This document shows, piece by piece, positions 27,804-36,832 of a stretch of DNA of 64,000 nucleotides. Positions within the stretch are counted from its first letter, which is position 1. The number at the start of each line of letters is the position of its first letter. Position numbers and translations under genes: made by a program. The stretch comes from a virus. A model generated the notes under the pieces. That model saw only the letters and a list, made by a program, of their open reading frames with translations. It was not told the origin of the DNA and did not search any database. The stretch is taken from the IMG/VR virus record IMGVR_UViG_3300020421_002453, positions 1 to 64,000 of that record. One strand, written 5' to 3'.

Positions 27804-30533
27804 ATGAATAAATATCGTAATCTGTTATCATCAGTGCTTATGATGACTGGACTGTTCGCACAGTCAATAGTCGGAGTAATAACTGATGTGGACTCAAATC
27901 CACTTGGAGGAGCTAACATTGTAGTTAACGGAACAGACTTAGGAGGAGTATCAGATAATACTGGTGCCTTTTCTATCAAAGTTGATTCTGGAACATATGA
28001 TGTAACAGCTTCTTACATTGGTTTCTCATCAATAACTAAATCAGTTGTTGTTGAGAAAAGTGCTACACTCGACTTCGTTTTAGAAGTTAGTTTTGTAGGA
28101 CTATCAGATGTTGAGGTGTTAGCATCTCGTGCATCTGAAACTACACCTGTTGCTTACACTAATGTTAGTAAAGAAGAAATGGAAGTGAGATTAGGTTCTC
28201 AAGATATTCCAATGATTCTTAACACAACACCAAGTGTATATGCAACTCAACAAGGTGGTGGTGCGGGTGATGCTCGTATCAACATTCGTGGTTTCAATCA
28301 AAGAAATGTTGCAGTGATGATTAATGGTGTTCCCCAAAATGATATGGAGAACGGATGGGTTTATTGGTCTAATTGGGATGGTGTAGGTGATGCTACATCT
28401 TCAATTCAGGTTCAAAGAGGTCTATCAGCTGTTAATCTTGCTACACCTTCTATTGGTGGAACAATGAATATTATTACCGACCCTACATCTTTTGAAAAGG
28501 GTGGAAAGTTCAAACAAGAAGCTGGTGATGGTGGTTTTCTAAAAACTACTTTTAACTACAATACTGGTCTTATTTTAAATGACAAGTTAGCTTTAAGTGG
28601 AACTATTGTTCGTAAAACTGGTGATGGAATAATCGATGGAACTTGGACTGATGCTTGGGCATACTACTTCGGTGGTTCATATGCTGTAAGTAATAAACAA
28701 AGGTTCGAGTTATATGCAATCGGTGCTCCACAACGACATGGACAAAATCTATACAAACAGAATATCGCTACTTACTCACAAGAGTTGGCTGGTGATGTAG
28801 ACGGATATGATACTGATGCTTTTGCAGAAGGTAACAAATTCGAAACTGAAGCTGGTAGATTTTTCAATCAGAATGTCGCACCTATTGACCCATCTTATAC
28901 AGGTAAACAATATTGGTATATGTATGGTGCAAGAACAACAGATAGATTCAACAAGAACTTCTTGAACGAAAGAGAAAACTTCTTCCATAAACCATTAGTG
29001 AACTTAAATCACTTCTTAGAAATAAACGATAAGATGGGTATCTCATCTATTGCTTATTGGAGTGGTGGTTCAGGTGGTGGAACTGGTACATATGGTAGTG
29101 TATCAAGAACACCAGCGGTTGAGGGAGAAAGATGGTATGCAAGTTCACCGTGGGCTTGGGATTGGAATGCTGAGATTGCTCAAAATTCTGATAACATCGA
29201 TGAAAACTTCTCTGTAGATGAAAATCGTTCAACAGGAATTCTTAGAAACTCTATCAATCGACAAGATACCTATGGATTAATTTCTAAATTAAATTATTCA
29301 GTTAATGATAACTTAGAAATACAAACAGGTATTGATTGGAGAACTGCTCGTATCGAACATGCTCGTGAAGTTAGAGATTTGTTAGGTGGAGATTACTATG
29401 TTGATTATGCTGATGACAATTTCGAGGACGGAAAAGTAGTTGGACTCGGAGATATAATCGCTTATCATAACGAAACAACTGTAGACTGGATTGGTGGTTT
29501 CTTACAAGGTAACTATACATCAGAAAAACTAAACCTATATGGTATGGGTGGAGTTTCTTCTATTAAATATAGTTATCAAGACCACTTCACAGTAGCAGAT
29601 GAAGTAATTACAGCTGACCCTATTTCTACTTATCAAGTAAAGGGTGGTGCATTATATAATGTAAATGAGAATCTTGGAGTATTCATTAATAGTGGATATG
29701 TTCAAAAGGCTCCTATCTTAGATAATGTAATCTACTACGATGGTGTAGTAGCTACCGACCCCGATAATGAGAAATTCTTACACAATGAACTTGGTGCCAA
29801 CTTTGGTACTGAGAAATTTGGTGTTAGAGTTAGTGCATACAACACAGATTGGAAAGATAGAAACTTGACTAAATCAGTACAGACTGGTCAAGGTGATTCA
29901 GGTGATACTGATATTATCTTCCTAAAAGGTGTTAACCAAAACCATAAAGGACTTGAAATCGAAACTAAAGTAAAACCAAATGATATGGTTGAACTTGATT
30001 TCATTTATTCTTATGGTGATTGGAAGTTCGATGGTGATGCCGATGGTACTTACCAAGAACAAGAGTACAATGATGAGAACCAAGTAATTGGTATTCAGAC
30101 CACAGATTACTCTTATGCACTTGATGGATTATATGTTGGTGATATGCCACAAACATCTTATATTTTAGGTGTTACACTTAAACCTGTTAAAGGATTAAGA
30201 CTTCAGGCGTTATACAAAACATATGATAGAAATTATGCTGACTGGTCACCTGATTCTCGTGAGATTGAGGGTGATGCGGACAGAGCTCAAGTTTGGGAAG
30301 CTCCTGGCTATTCAAAACTTGATTTACATGCATCTTATAAACTTCCTATCAAGGGATATGACATTTCTTTAAATGCTCATCTATTCAATGCTCTTGATGA
30401 AGTATTCGTACAAGATGCGGTTGACAACTCGAAATATAATGGGTGGGGTGATAAAGTTCATGCCGCACATAATGCTGAGGTATTCTTAGGAACACCAAGA
30501 TATGCAAATATTGGAGTTTCTGTTAACTTCTAA
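27804..30533 (+). CDS. TonB-dependent outer-membrane receptor
   Basis: ATG 6 nt after AGGAG; signal peptide, carboxypeptidase-regulatory-like N domain, plug (INIRGF...VMINGVP.ND, GGTMNIIT), beta-barrel strands and terminal Phe (GVSVNF). Confidence 0.92.
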   Translation: MNKYRNLLSSVLMMTGLFAQSIVGVITDVDSNPLGGANIVVNGTDLGGVSDNTGAFSIKVDSGTYDVTASYIGFSSITKSVVVEKSATLDFVLEVSFVGLSDVEVLASRASETTPVAYTNVSKEEMEVRLGSQDIPMILNTTPSVYATQQGGGAGDARINIRGFNQRNVAVMINGVPQNDMENGWVYWSNWDGVGDATSSIQVQRGLSAVNLATPSIGGTMNIITDPTSFEKGGKFKQEAGDGGFLKTTFNYNTGLILNDKLALSGTIVRKTGDGIIDGTWTDAWAYYFGGSYAVSNKQRFELYAIGAPQRHGQNLYKQNIATYSQELAGDVDGYDTDAFAEGNKFETEAGRFFNQNVAPIDPSYTGKQYWYMYGARTTDRFNKNFLNERENFFHKPLVNLNHFLEINDKMGISSIAYWSGGSGGGTGTYGSVSRTPAVEGERWYASSPWAWDWNAEIAQNSDNIDENFSVDENRSTGILRNSINRQDTYGLISKLNYSVNDNLEIQTGIDWRTARIEHAREVRDLLGGDYYVDYADDNFEDGKVVGLGDIIAYHNETTVDWIGGFLQGNYTSEKLNLYGMGGVSSIKYSYQDHFTVADEVITADPISTYQVKGGALYNVNENLGVFINSGYVQKAPILDNVIYYDGVVATDPDNEKFLHNELGANFGTEKFGVRVSAYNTDWKDRNLTKSVQTGQGDSGDTDIIFLKGVNQNHKGLEIETKVKPNDMVELDFIYSYGDWKFDGDADGTYQEQEYNDENQVIGIQTTDYSYALDGLYVGDMPQTSYILGVTLKPVKGLRLQALYKTYDRNYADWSPDSREIEGDADRAQVWEAPGYSKLDLHASYKLPIKGYDISLNAHLFNALDEVFVQDAVDNSKYNGWGDKVHAAHNAEVFLGTPRYANIGVSVNF

Positions 30534-30543
30534 TGGTAAAATT

Positions 30544-30570
30544 AGGGGGATTGAAATATATCCCCCTTTT
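30544..30570 (+). terminator. Intrinsic terminator after the TonB-dependent receptor
   Basis: AGGGGGA-ttgaaatata-TCCCCCT followed by Ts. Confidence 0.75.
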
Positions 30571-30629
30571 ATCAAAAATAAATTACACTTTCAGATTATT
30601 TTAATCTATTTATATTAAAGAGGTTTTAA

Positions 30630-33140
30630 TTGTACCAAGCAATACATTACGAAAAAAGAAGAAACAAAATTCACTTATGGGATGATAAAAAAGGTCATCT
30701 CGAAATACCATTTAAAAAATACGCTTATACAAAAAGTCCAACAGGTCTACATTTCACATTGGATGGTGATAAGGTAAAAAAGATTTATGAGTGGGATGGT
30801 GATACACCTAACTTATTTGAAAGTGATGTACCTGTATTAACAAGATTTTTAGTAGACCAATATACTGATTCCGATGAGGTAAGTGAGGGAATCAGAACTT
30901 TATTTTTTGATATTGAGGTAGAAGTTGTAGATGGTTTTCCTGATGTAATGAAGGCCAATGAGAGAATAACTTCTATTGCATTCTATGATGAATACTTAGA
31001 AAAGTATTTTTGTTATACCTTAGATGAAAAAAGAAAACTTGAAAATTGGGAAAATGAACACGAGATAGTTGAATTATTCCAAACAGAATATGAACTACTT
31101 ACAAAATTTTACCAAAAATATCTCGAAATACAACCACACATTCTAAGTGGTTGGAACTCTGAGTTCTTTGATATCCCTTATCTATATAATCGTAGTGTAA
31201 ATGTATTAGGTAAATCAGTTGCCGATATGTTATCACCTATTCGTAATGTGATGTACTCAGAGTATAAAAAGAAACATTCGATTGCTGGTGTTTCATCATT
31301 AGATTATCTAACTCTATATCGTAAATTCTCAGTTAACCAACAATCAAGTTATCGTTTAGATTATATTGGTGAGTTAGAAGTTGGTATGAAAAAGATTGAG
31401 TATCAAGGAACACTTAATGACTTATATGAAAATGATTTAGATAAGTTTATTGAATATAACATTCGAGATGTAAAAATCTTAGTTGAATTAGATAAGAAAT
31501 TAGATTTCATTGGTATTGCTCGTGGTATAGCCCATCTTGGTCATGTTCCTTATGAAGATGTGATGATGAGTTCAAGATATCTTGAGGGTGCTATTTTAGT
31601 ATATCTAAAAAAGATTGGAGTAGTTGCACCTAACAAACCACCAAGACCAAAGAAGTTTGATAGTGAAGAGAAGTTTGCAGGTGCTTATGTTCAACCACCA
31701 CAAAAAGGTAGACATGATTGGGTATACGATTTAGATATCACAAGTATGTATCCAAGTGTTATTCGTTCACTAAACATCTCACCTGAAACCAAAGTTGGTA
31801 AGATAGAGGGTTGGGATGCTGAACAACATTTAAAACAAGATTTGAAAAAAGAATATACATTATGTAATCGTAGTGGTAAAGAGATAGGTACAATACCAAA
31901 TACAGAACTAACTGATTACTTAGAAACTGCTGGGTTAAGTATTGCAAGTAATGGTGTTATGTATCGTACAGATAAACAAGGATTGATTCCTGCACTTCTA
32001 ACCAAATGGTTCAATGAACGAGTTGAGATGAGAAAACTCGTGAAGAAGTTTAATGAAGAGGGTGATAAAGAAAAAGAAGAATACTTTGATAGAAGACAAT
32101 ACCTACAGAAGATTTTGTTAAACTCATTGTATGGTGTATTGGGATTACCTGTATTTAGATTTTATGATTTAGACAATGCAGAGGCGACGACCCTTACTGG
32201 TCAAGCCTTAATTAAGTTCAGTAAAAAGATAACTAATCACTTTTATAATCGAGAGCTTGGTACTAACGATGATTATGTTATATACATAGATACTGATTCT
32301 ATTTTCGCCTCTGCAGTTCCTTTAATTAAAAAAAGATATCCAAATGAAAAGTTATCAGAAGTTATGATGACACAAAGAATTATGGAAATATGTGCAGAGG
32401 TACAAGATTATCTTAATCAGAGTTACAATTACTTTGCCAAGAAGTTTCTGAATGTAGAAGTAGATAAGCATGTATTTGATATTAAACAAGAGGTGGTTGC
32501 AACTACAGGTTTATTCATCACAAAGAAAAGATATGGTTTACATATTATTAATGATGCTGGTAGAAAAGTAAACACGATTCATGTTAAAGGATTGGATACA
32601 GTCAGAAGTAATTTTGCTGTGGCTATGAAAGATTTGTTGGGTAAAGTATTAGGTGATGTACTTGCCAAGGTTCCAAAAGAAAAGATTGATGAACGAATCA
32701 GTATATTTAAACGAAACATGAATGAACTTCATTATGATGTTATGGCAAATCCAATCGGTGTAAAAGGAATTGGAAAGTATGAAGTGAAAGATGAAGAATC
32801 ATCATTCAGTACTTATAAGAAAGGAGCACCAGTTCATGTTAAGGCCGCTATCAATTATAATTCATTACTACAACATTGGTACGAGGGTAGGAAATATGAA
32901 AAGATTGGTAATGGGAATAAGATTAAGTGGGTGTATTTAAAAGATAATGAGTTTGGTTTTGATACAATTGCTTACAAAGGTTATGAAGACCCACCACAGA
33001 TTTTAGATTTAATTAAAAATAAGATAGATAGTAATAGAATGTTTGAACAGGCCATGAGTAAAAAGATAGGAATGTTTTATGAGGCCATGAGTTGGGAAGC
33101 AGTAGTTGATAAAACTCAAAGTATTGAAAGATTTTTTTGA
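30630..33140 (+). CDS. Family-B DNA polymerase (gp43-like), TTG start
   Basis: Exonuclease motifs FDIE, GWNSEFFDIPY and YNIRDV; polymerase motifs DITSMYPS, KILLNSLYG, YIDTDS and KKRY. Confidence 0.95.
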   Translation: MYQAIHYEKRRNKIHLWDDKKGHLEIPFKKYAYTKSPTGLHFTLDGDKVKKIYEWDGDTPNLFESDVPVLTRFLVDQYTDSDEVSEGIRTLFFDIEVEVVDGFPDVMKANERITSIAFYDEYLEKYFCYTLDEKRKLENWENEHEIVELFQTEYELLTKFYQKYLEIQPHILSGWNSEFFDIPYLYNRSVNVLGKSVADMLSPIRNVMYSEYKKKHSIAGVSSLDYLTLYRKFSVNQQSSYRLDYIGELEVGMKKIEYQGTLNDLYENDLDKFIEYNIRDVKILVELDKKLDFIGIARGIAHLGHVPYEDVMMSSRYLEGAILVYLKKIGVVAPNKPPRPKKFDSEEKFAGAYVQPPQKGRHDWVYDLDITSMYPSVIRSLNISPETKVGKIEGWDAEQHLKQDLKKEYTLCNRSGKEIGTIPNTELTDYLETAGLSIASNGVMYRTDKQGLIPALLTKWFNERVEMRKLVKKFNEEGDKEKEEYFDRRQYLQKILLNSLYGVLGLPVFRFYDLDNAEATTLTGQALIKFSKKITNHFYNRELGTNDDYVIYIDTDSIFASAVPLIKKRYPNEKLSEVMMTQRIMEICAEVQDYLNQSYNYFAKKFLNVEVDKHVFDIKQEVVATTGLFITKKRYGLHIINDAGRKVNTIHVKGLDTVRSNFAVAMKDLLGKVLGDVLAKVPKEKIDERISIFKRNMNELHYDVMANPIGVKGIGKYEVKDEESSFSTYKKGAPVHVKAAINYNSLLQHWYEGRKYEKIGNGNKIKWVYLKDNEFGFDTIAYKGYEDPPQILDLIKNKIDSNRMFEQAMSKKIGMFYEAMSWEAVVDKTQSIERFF

Positions 33141-33199
33141 TTTTGAACAATCTCGTATATATGTATATATAGAGAAAATAATAATAGGAGAAAAAGGTT

Positions 33200-33931
33200 A
33201 TGAGTAAAACTAAACTAAAGAGATTCATCGATAAGTATTCACTTGGAGGTGAAATCAAATCAGTTAAGTGGACGAGTAATGGTAACAAGTTATCAACAAG
33301 GTTTATCTCAGGTGATAAATCAGTTGTTGGTCATGTGGTATTGGATAAGTTTGATGGAATAGACCCATCAGATTTAGGTATCTATAATACACCACAATTC
33401 TCAGCTTTACTTGGCATTATGGGTGATGATGTTGATTTTAAATTAACTTCATCTGGTGATAAATTTATTAGTGTTGATATGGAAGATACTAAATTTAAAA
33501 CTAAAGCTAAATATATGTTAAGTGATTTGAGTGTTATCCCTACACCACCTGAACTGAAAAACTTACCAAGTGAATTTGATTTGGATATTAAAGTTGATGC
33601 AAACTTTATAAACACATTCATTGCTGGTAAAGGTGCTTTGGCAGATACAGAATCATTCACTATCGTTACTAAAAATGATAGAGTTGATTTAGTTATTGGT
33701 TTTAGTAATGTTGCAAGTAATCGTGTTACTATTCCTGTAGAAGTAGAAAACTATGTGGAGTTAGAACCGATATCATTTAATGCAAATATATTTGCAAACA
33801 TACTAAGTGCTAACAAAGAATGTCAAACAGCATCCTTGAAGATTAGTAAAGATGGATTGAGTAAGATTAATTTTAATATTGATGATTACTCTTCAGAATA
33901 CTACTTGGTTGCTTCACAACAAGTGAATTAA
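33200..33931 (+). CDS. Sliding clamp (gp45/PCNA-like)
   Basis: 243 aa with a repeated alpha/beta pattern and a C-terminal YYLVA; lies between PolB and the clamp loader. Confidence 0.65.
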   Translation: MSKTKLKRFIDKYSLGGEIKSVKWTSNGNKLSTRFISGDKSVVGHVVLDKFDGIDPSDLGIYNTPQFSALLGIMGDDVDFKLTSSGDKFISVDMEDTKFKTKAKYMLSDLSVIPTPPELKNLPSEFDLDIKVDANFINTFIAGKGALADTESFTIVTKNDRVDLVIGFSNVASNRVTIPVEVENYVELEPISFNANIFANILSANKECQTASLKISKDGLSKINFNIDDYSSEYYLVASQQVN

Positions 33932-35169
33932 TGTATTTAGAATACTTCGATAAATTCCTAAACATGGAACCATATCTTTCTATAGATGAGAAAGAGTGGG
34001 AATATATTAAGGAAACATTTGATAAAGATGATGTTAAAGAATCTCTCGCCAAAGTGGCCATGACTTATGATATACCTTATGCCGAGATTTCAGAGAAAGA
34101 TGCTTACAAGGAACTAATGAACCTTAAAGGTATGAGACACAATGAAATCTTGGTAGAGGGTGATTGGTTTGCTCGTGAGGGAACGGAGTATAGATATGGG
34201 TTAGAGTTTGAGGGTAAACAACAATACTTCAGACGAATCAATACAGGAAATAAAGCTAGTAATTATTTCCAACAAGAGAATCGTTGGAGTGTGGATGGAA
34301 CAATTGCACCTGGCCCAAAAAGAACTTGGGAAAGTGAAAAGTTTATGACCAGTTTAATGGGAGCAGCTTATACATTAAAGTTACCAAGTTTAAATCGTAG
34401 TTCTTTTAGAACAATGATAGGATTGAGAAAGTATATTTGTTCTCAGTTCAAACCTAATGTTGCAAAAGTATTGTATGATAAATTAGATAGTAAAAGTATC
34501 TTAGATTTCTCAGCAGGTTGGGGAGATAGATTGGCTGGATTCTATGGTAGTGAAACAGGTGAGTTCTATATTGGGATAGACCCAAGAAAAGAAAATCATC
34601 CTATCTATCATAAACAGGCAGAGTTTTATGATAAACATAGAACGATGTTTGAAGTTCCTAAAAAAAGTATGTTTGTAGAATCACCAGCAGAGGATTTTGA
34701 ATACAAAGAAAATATGTATGATACCGTATTTACATCACCACCTTATTTTGGTGTTGAGAGATATAGTTATGATGATACTCAGAGTTGGGTTAGATATAAA
34801 ACTATTGAAGAGTGGAACGAGAAGTTCTTACATAAAACTTTAGAAAAAATATGGCCATCTATTAAAAGTGGTGGATATTTATTAGTGAACATTAGTGATG
34901 TATATGCTAGTAGTGGTGCTAAACAGAAGAGATTAAATTCTGGTGGGAAACATTGGTTAGAGATTTGTAATCCAATGAATGATTTCCTAAGTACATTTAG
35001 TGATTCAGAGTATAAAGGTTGTATTGGAATGGAAATGGCCAAACGACCTAATAGTGGTGGAGCAGGAACTGCTTCAGATGAAAGGTTCACCGAAGAATCA
35101 TTGAAACTTGCAGAAGAAACTAAAGAGAAAACATTTTGTGAACCAATTTGGATATGGAGAAAATTGTAA
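33931..35169 (+). CDS. DNA amino-methyltransferase, paralog 2
   Basis: LRKYICSQFKP, LDFSAGWGDR, FTSPPYF and EPIWIW; colinear with 22986-24191. Confidence 0.82.
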   Translation: MYLEYFDKFLNMEPYLSIDEKEWEYIKETFDKDDVKESLAKVAMTYDIPYAEISEKDAYKELMNLKGMRHNEILVEGDWFAREGTEYRYGLEFEGKQQYFRRINTGNKASNYFQQENRWSVDGTIAPGPKRTWESEKFMTSLMGAAYTLKLPSLNRSSFRTMIGLRKYICSQFKPNVAKVLYDKLDSKSILDFSAGWGDRLAGFYGSETGEFYIGIDPRKENHPIYHKQAEFYDKHRTMFEVPKKSMFVESPAEDFEYKENMYDTVFTSPPYFGVERYSYDDTQSWVRYKTIEEWNEKFLHKTLEKIWPSIKSGGYLLVNISDVYASSGAKQKRLNSGGKHWLEICNPMNDFLSTFSDSEYKGCIGMEMAKRPNSGGAGTASDERFTEESLKLAEETKEKTFCEPIWIWRKL

Positions 35170-36093
35170 ATGGATGAAATTAAAAATACCTTATGGGTAG
35201 AAAAGTATCGGCCTTCAAACCTTGACACTTACATAGGTAATGAACACCTAAAAAGTAAAGTTAAGGTCTATTTGGAGAGTGGAGACTTACCACATCTTCT
35301 ATTGTATGGAAGGGCTGGTACGGGTAAGACCACTCTCGCTAAATTACTCGTTAATAATATAGATTGTGATTATCTATATATTAATGCTTCTGATGAGAAT
35401 AGTGTAGATGTAGTTCGTGAGAAAGTAAAGAACTTTGCCTCAACACTTGGATTCCAAGAGATGAAAGTTATTATCTTGGATGAGTGTGATTACATTACAC
35501 CAAATGCTCAGGCAGCTTTAAGAAACCTAATGGAAACATTCTCAAAACATTGTAGGTTTATCTTAACTTGTAATTTTGTAGAGAGAATCATTGACCCAAT
35601 CCAATCAAGATGTCAATCATTTCAGATTATACCACCAGATAGAAAACAAGTTGCAATTCATGTATCTGATATTTTACAAAAAGAAAATGTAGATGCAAAG
35701 GTAGATGATATTGTAACCATAGTTAATGGTGGGTTTCCTGATTTGAGAAGAGTAATCAATGGTGCTCAACGACAAGTTGTAAATGGTAAGTTAATTATTG
35801 ATGAGGGAATGAGTATCCAAAATGATTATAAGAACCAAGTATTAGAAATCTTGAAAACACAAGATAAAAAGAATTCATTTAAGAATATAAGACAACTATT
35901 GGCCGATTCAAAGGTAACAGATTTCTCTGATTTATTCAGATTAATGTTTGATACTGTAGATGATTGGGGTAAGGGTTATGTGGCAGAATGTATTTTAGTT
36001 CTGGCCGAGTATCAACAATCAGATGCTGTAGTTGTGGATAAAGAGATAAATATTATGGCAATGTTCATAGAATTAATAGGGAAAATAAAATGA
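35170..36093 (+). CDS. Clamp loader AAA+ subunit (gp44/RFC-like)
   Basis: LWVEKYRP, GRAGTGKT, INASD, ILDECD, AQAALR and SRC motifs. Confidence 0.95.
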   Translation: MDEIKNTLWVEKYRPSNLDTYIGNEHLKSKVKVYLESGDLPHLLLYGRAGTGKTTLAKLLVNNIDCDYLYINASDENSVDVVREKVKNFASTLGFQEMKVIILDECDYITPNAQAALRNLMETFSKHCRFILTCNFVERIIDPIQSRCQSFQIIPPDRKQVAIHVSDILQKENVDAKVDDIVTIVNGGFPDLRRVINGAQRQVVNGKLIIDEGMSIQNDYKNQVLEILKTQDKKNSFKNIRQLLADSKVTDFSDLFRLMFDTVDDWGKGYVAECILVLAEYQQSDAVVVDKEINIMAMFIELIGKIK

Positions 36094-36350
36094 GTGATAA
36101 AAGAAAATTCGTAGGTCAACAAGACCAACAAACACCACCACCACAAATAGATTTGGGTGATGCTGAAACAATAACTTGTGAAGAATGTAATAATGCATCT
36201 TTCATACAATCGTTCTTCTTAAAAAGAATATCACCTTTGGTATCACCAACAGGTCAAGAAGCTATTGTACCAATTCAAGTATTCAGTTGTGGAAGTTGTG
36301 GTTCAATACCAAAGAAAATGATGAGTACTGCTTTGCAACAAGGAGAGTAA
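36090..36350 (+). CDS. Zinc-ribbon protein
   Basis: CEEC...CGSC pairs. Confidence 0.65.
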   Translation: MSDKRKFVGQQDQQTPPPQIDLGDAETITCEECNNASFIQSFFLKRISPLVSPTGQEAIVPIQVFSCGSCGSIPKKMMSTALQQGE

Positions 36351-36791
36351 ATGTATTACAAGATAGATTTAAGTAATTACGAACCACGAGAAACTCGTAC
36401 TTATTTAGAGTTTGATGAGTATAAATTTAGTCCTTGTCAATTAGAATCTATTGAAAAAGAATTAAATAACTTCCAAGATTCATTTGGAAGACCTTGGACA
36501 GAGTGGGATATGTCTGATTTACAAGATAGATTAGAAAAAAATTGGACATTTTACTTAGTTAATGGTGGTTGGTGCTTTATAGATTGGGATAGAAAATATC
36601 CTTATTTATGTAATCGTTATGTGTTTCCAGAACATAGAGGTAAGGGGTTAGGAAAAGATTTAGTTTGGTTAAGGTGTAATGAAATCAAAAAACGAGGATT
36701 AAATACTGCCTCAATTAAATTAGATTGGTGGAACACACCAGCATTATCGGTTATAGAAGAAGATATTTTCACCGAAATTGATGATATTTGA
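36351..36791 (+). CDS. GNAT-family acetyltransferase
   Basis: Acetyl-CoA binding motif VFPEHRGKGLG and N.PA. Confidence 0.7.
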   Translation: MYYKIDLSNYEPRETRTYLEFDEYKFSPCQLESIEKELNNFQDSFGRPWTEWDMSDLQDRLEKNWTFYLVNGGWCFIDWDRKYPYLCNRYVFPEHRGKGLGKDLVWLRCNEIKKRGLNTASIKLDWWNTPALSVIEEDIFTEIDDI

Positions 36792-36832
36792 TATTTATAT
36801 ATGAAAAGTTTTATAGGAATTAAGGAAACAAT

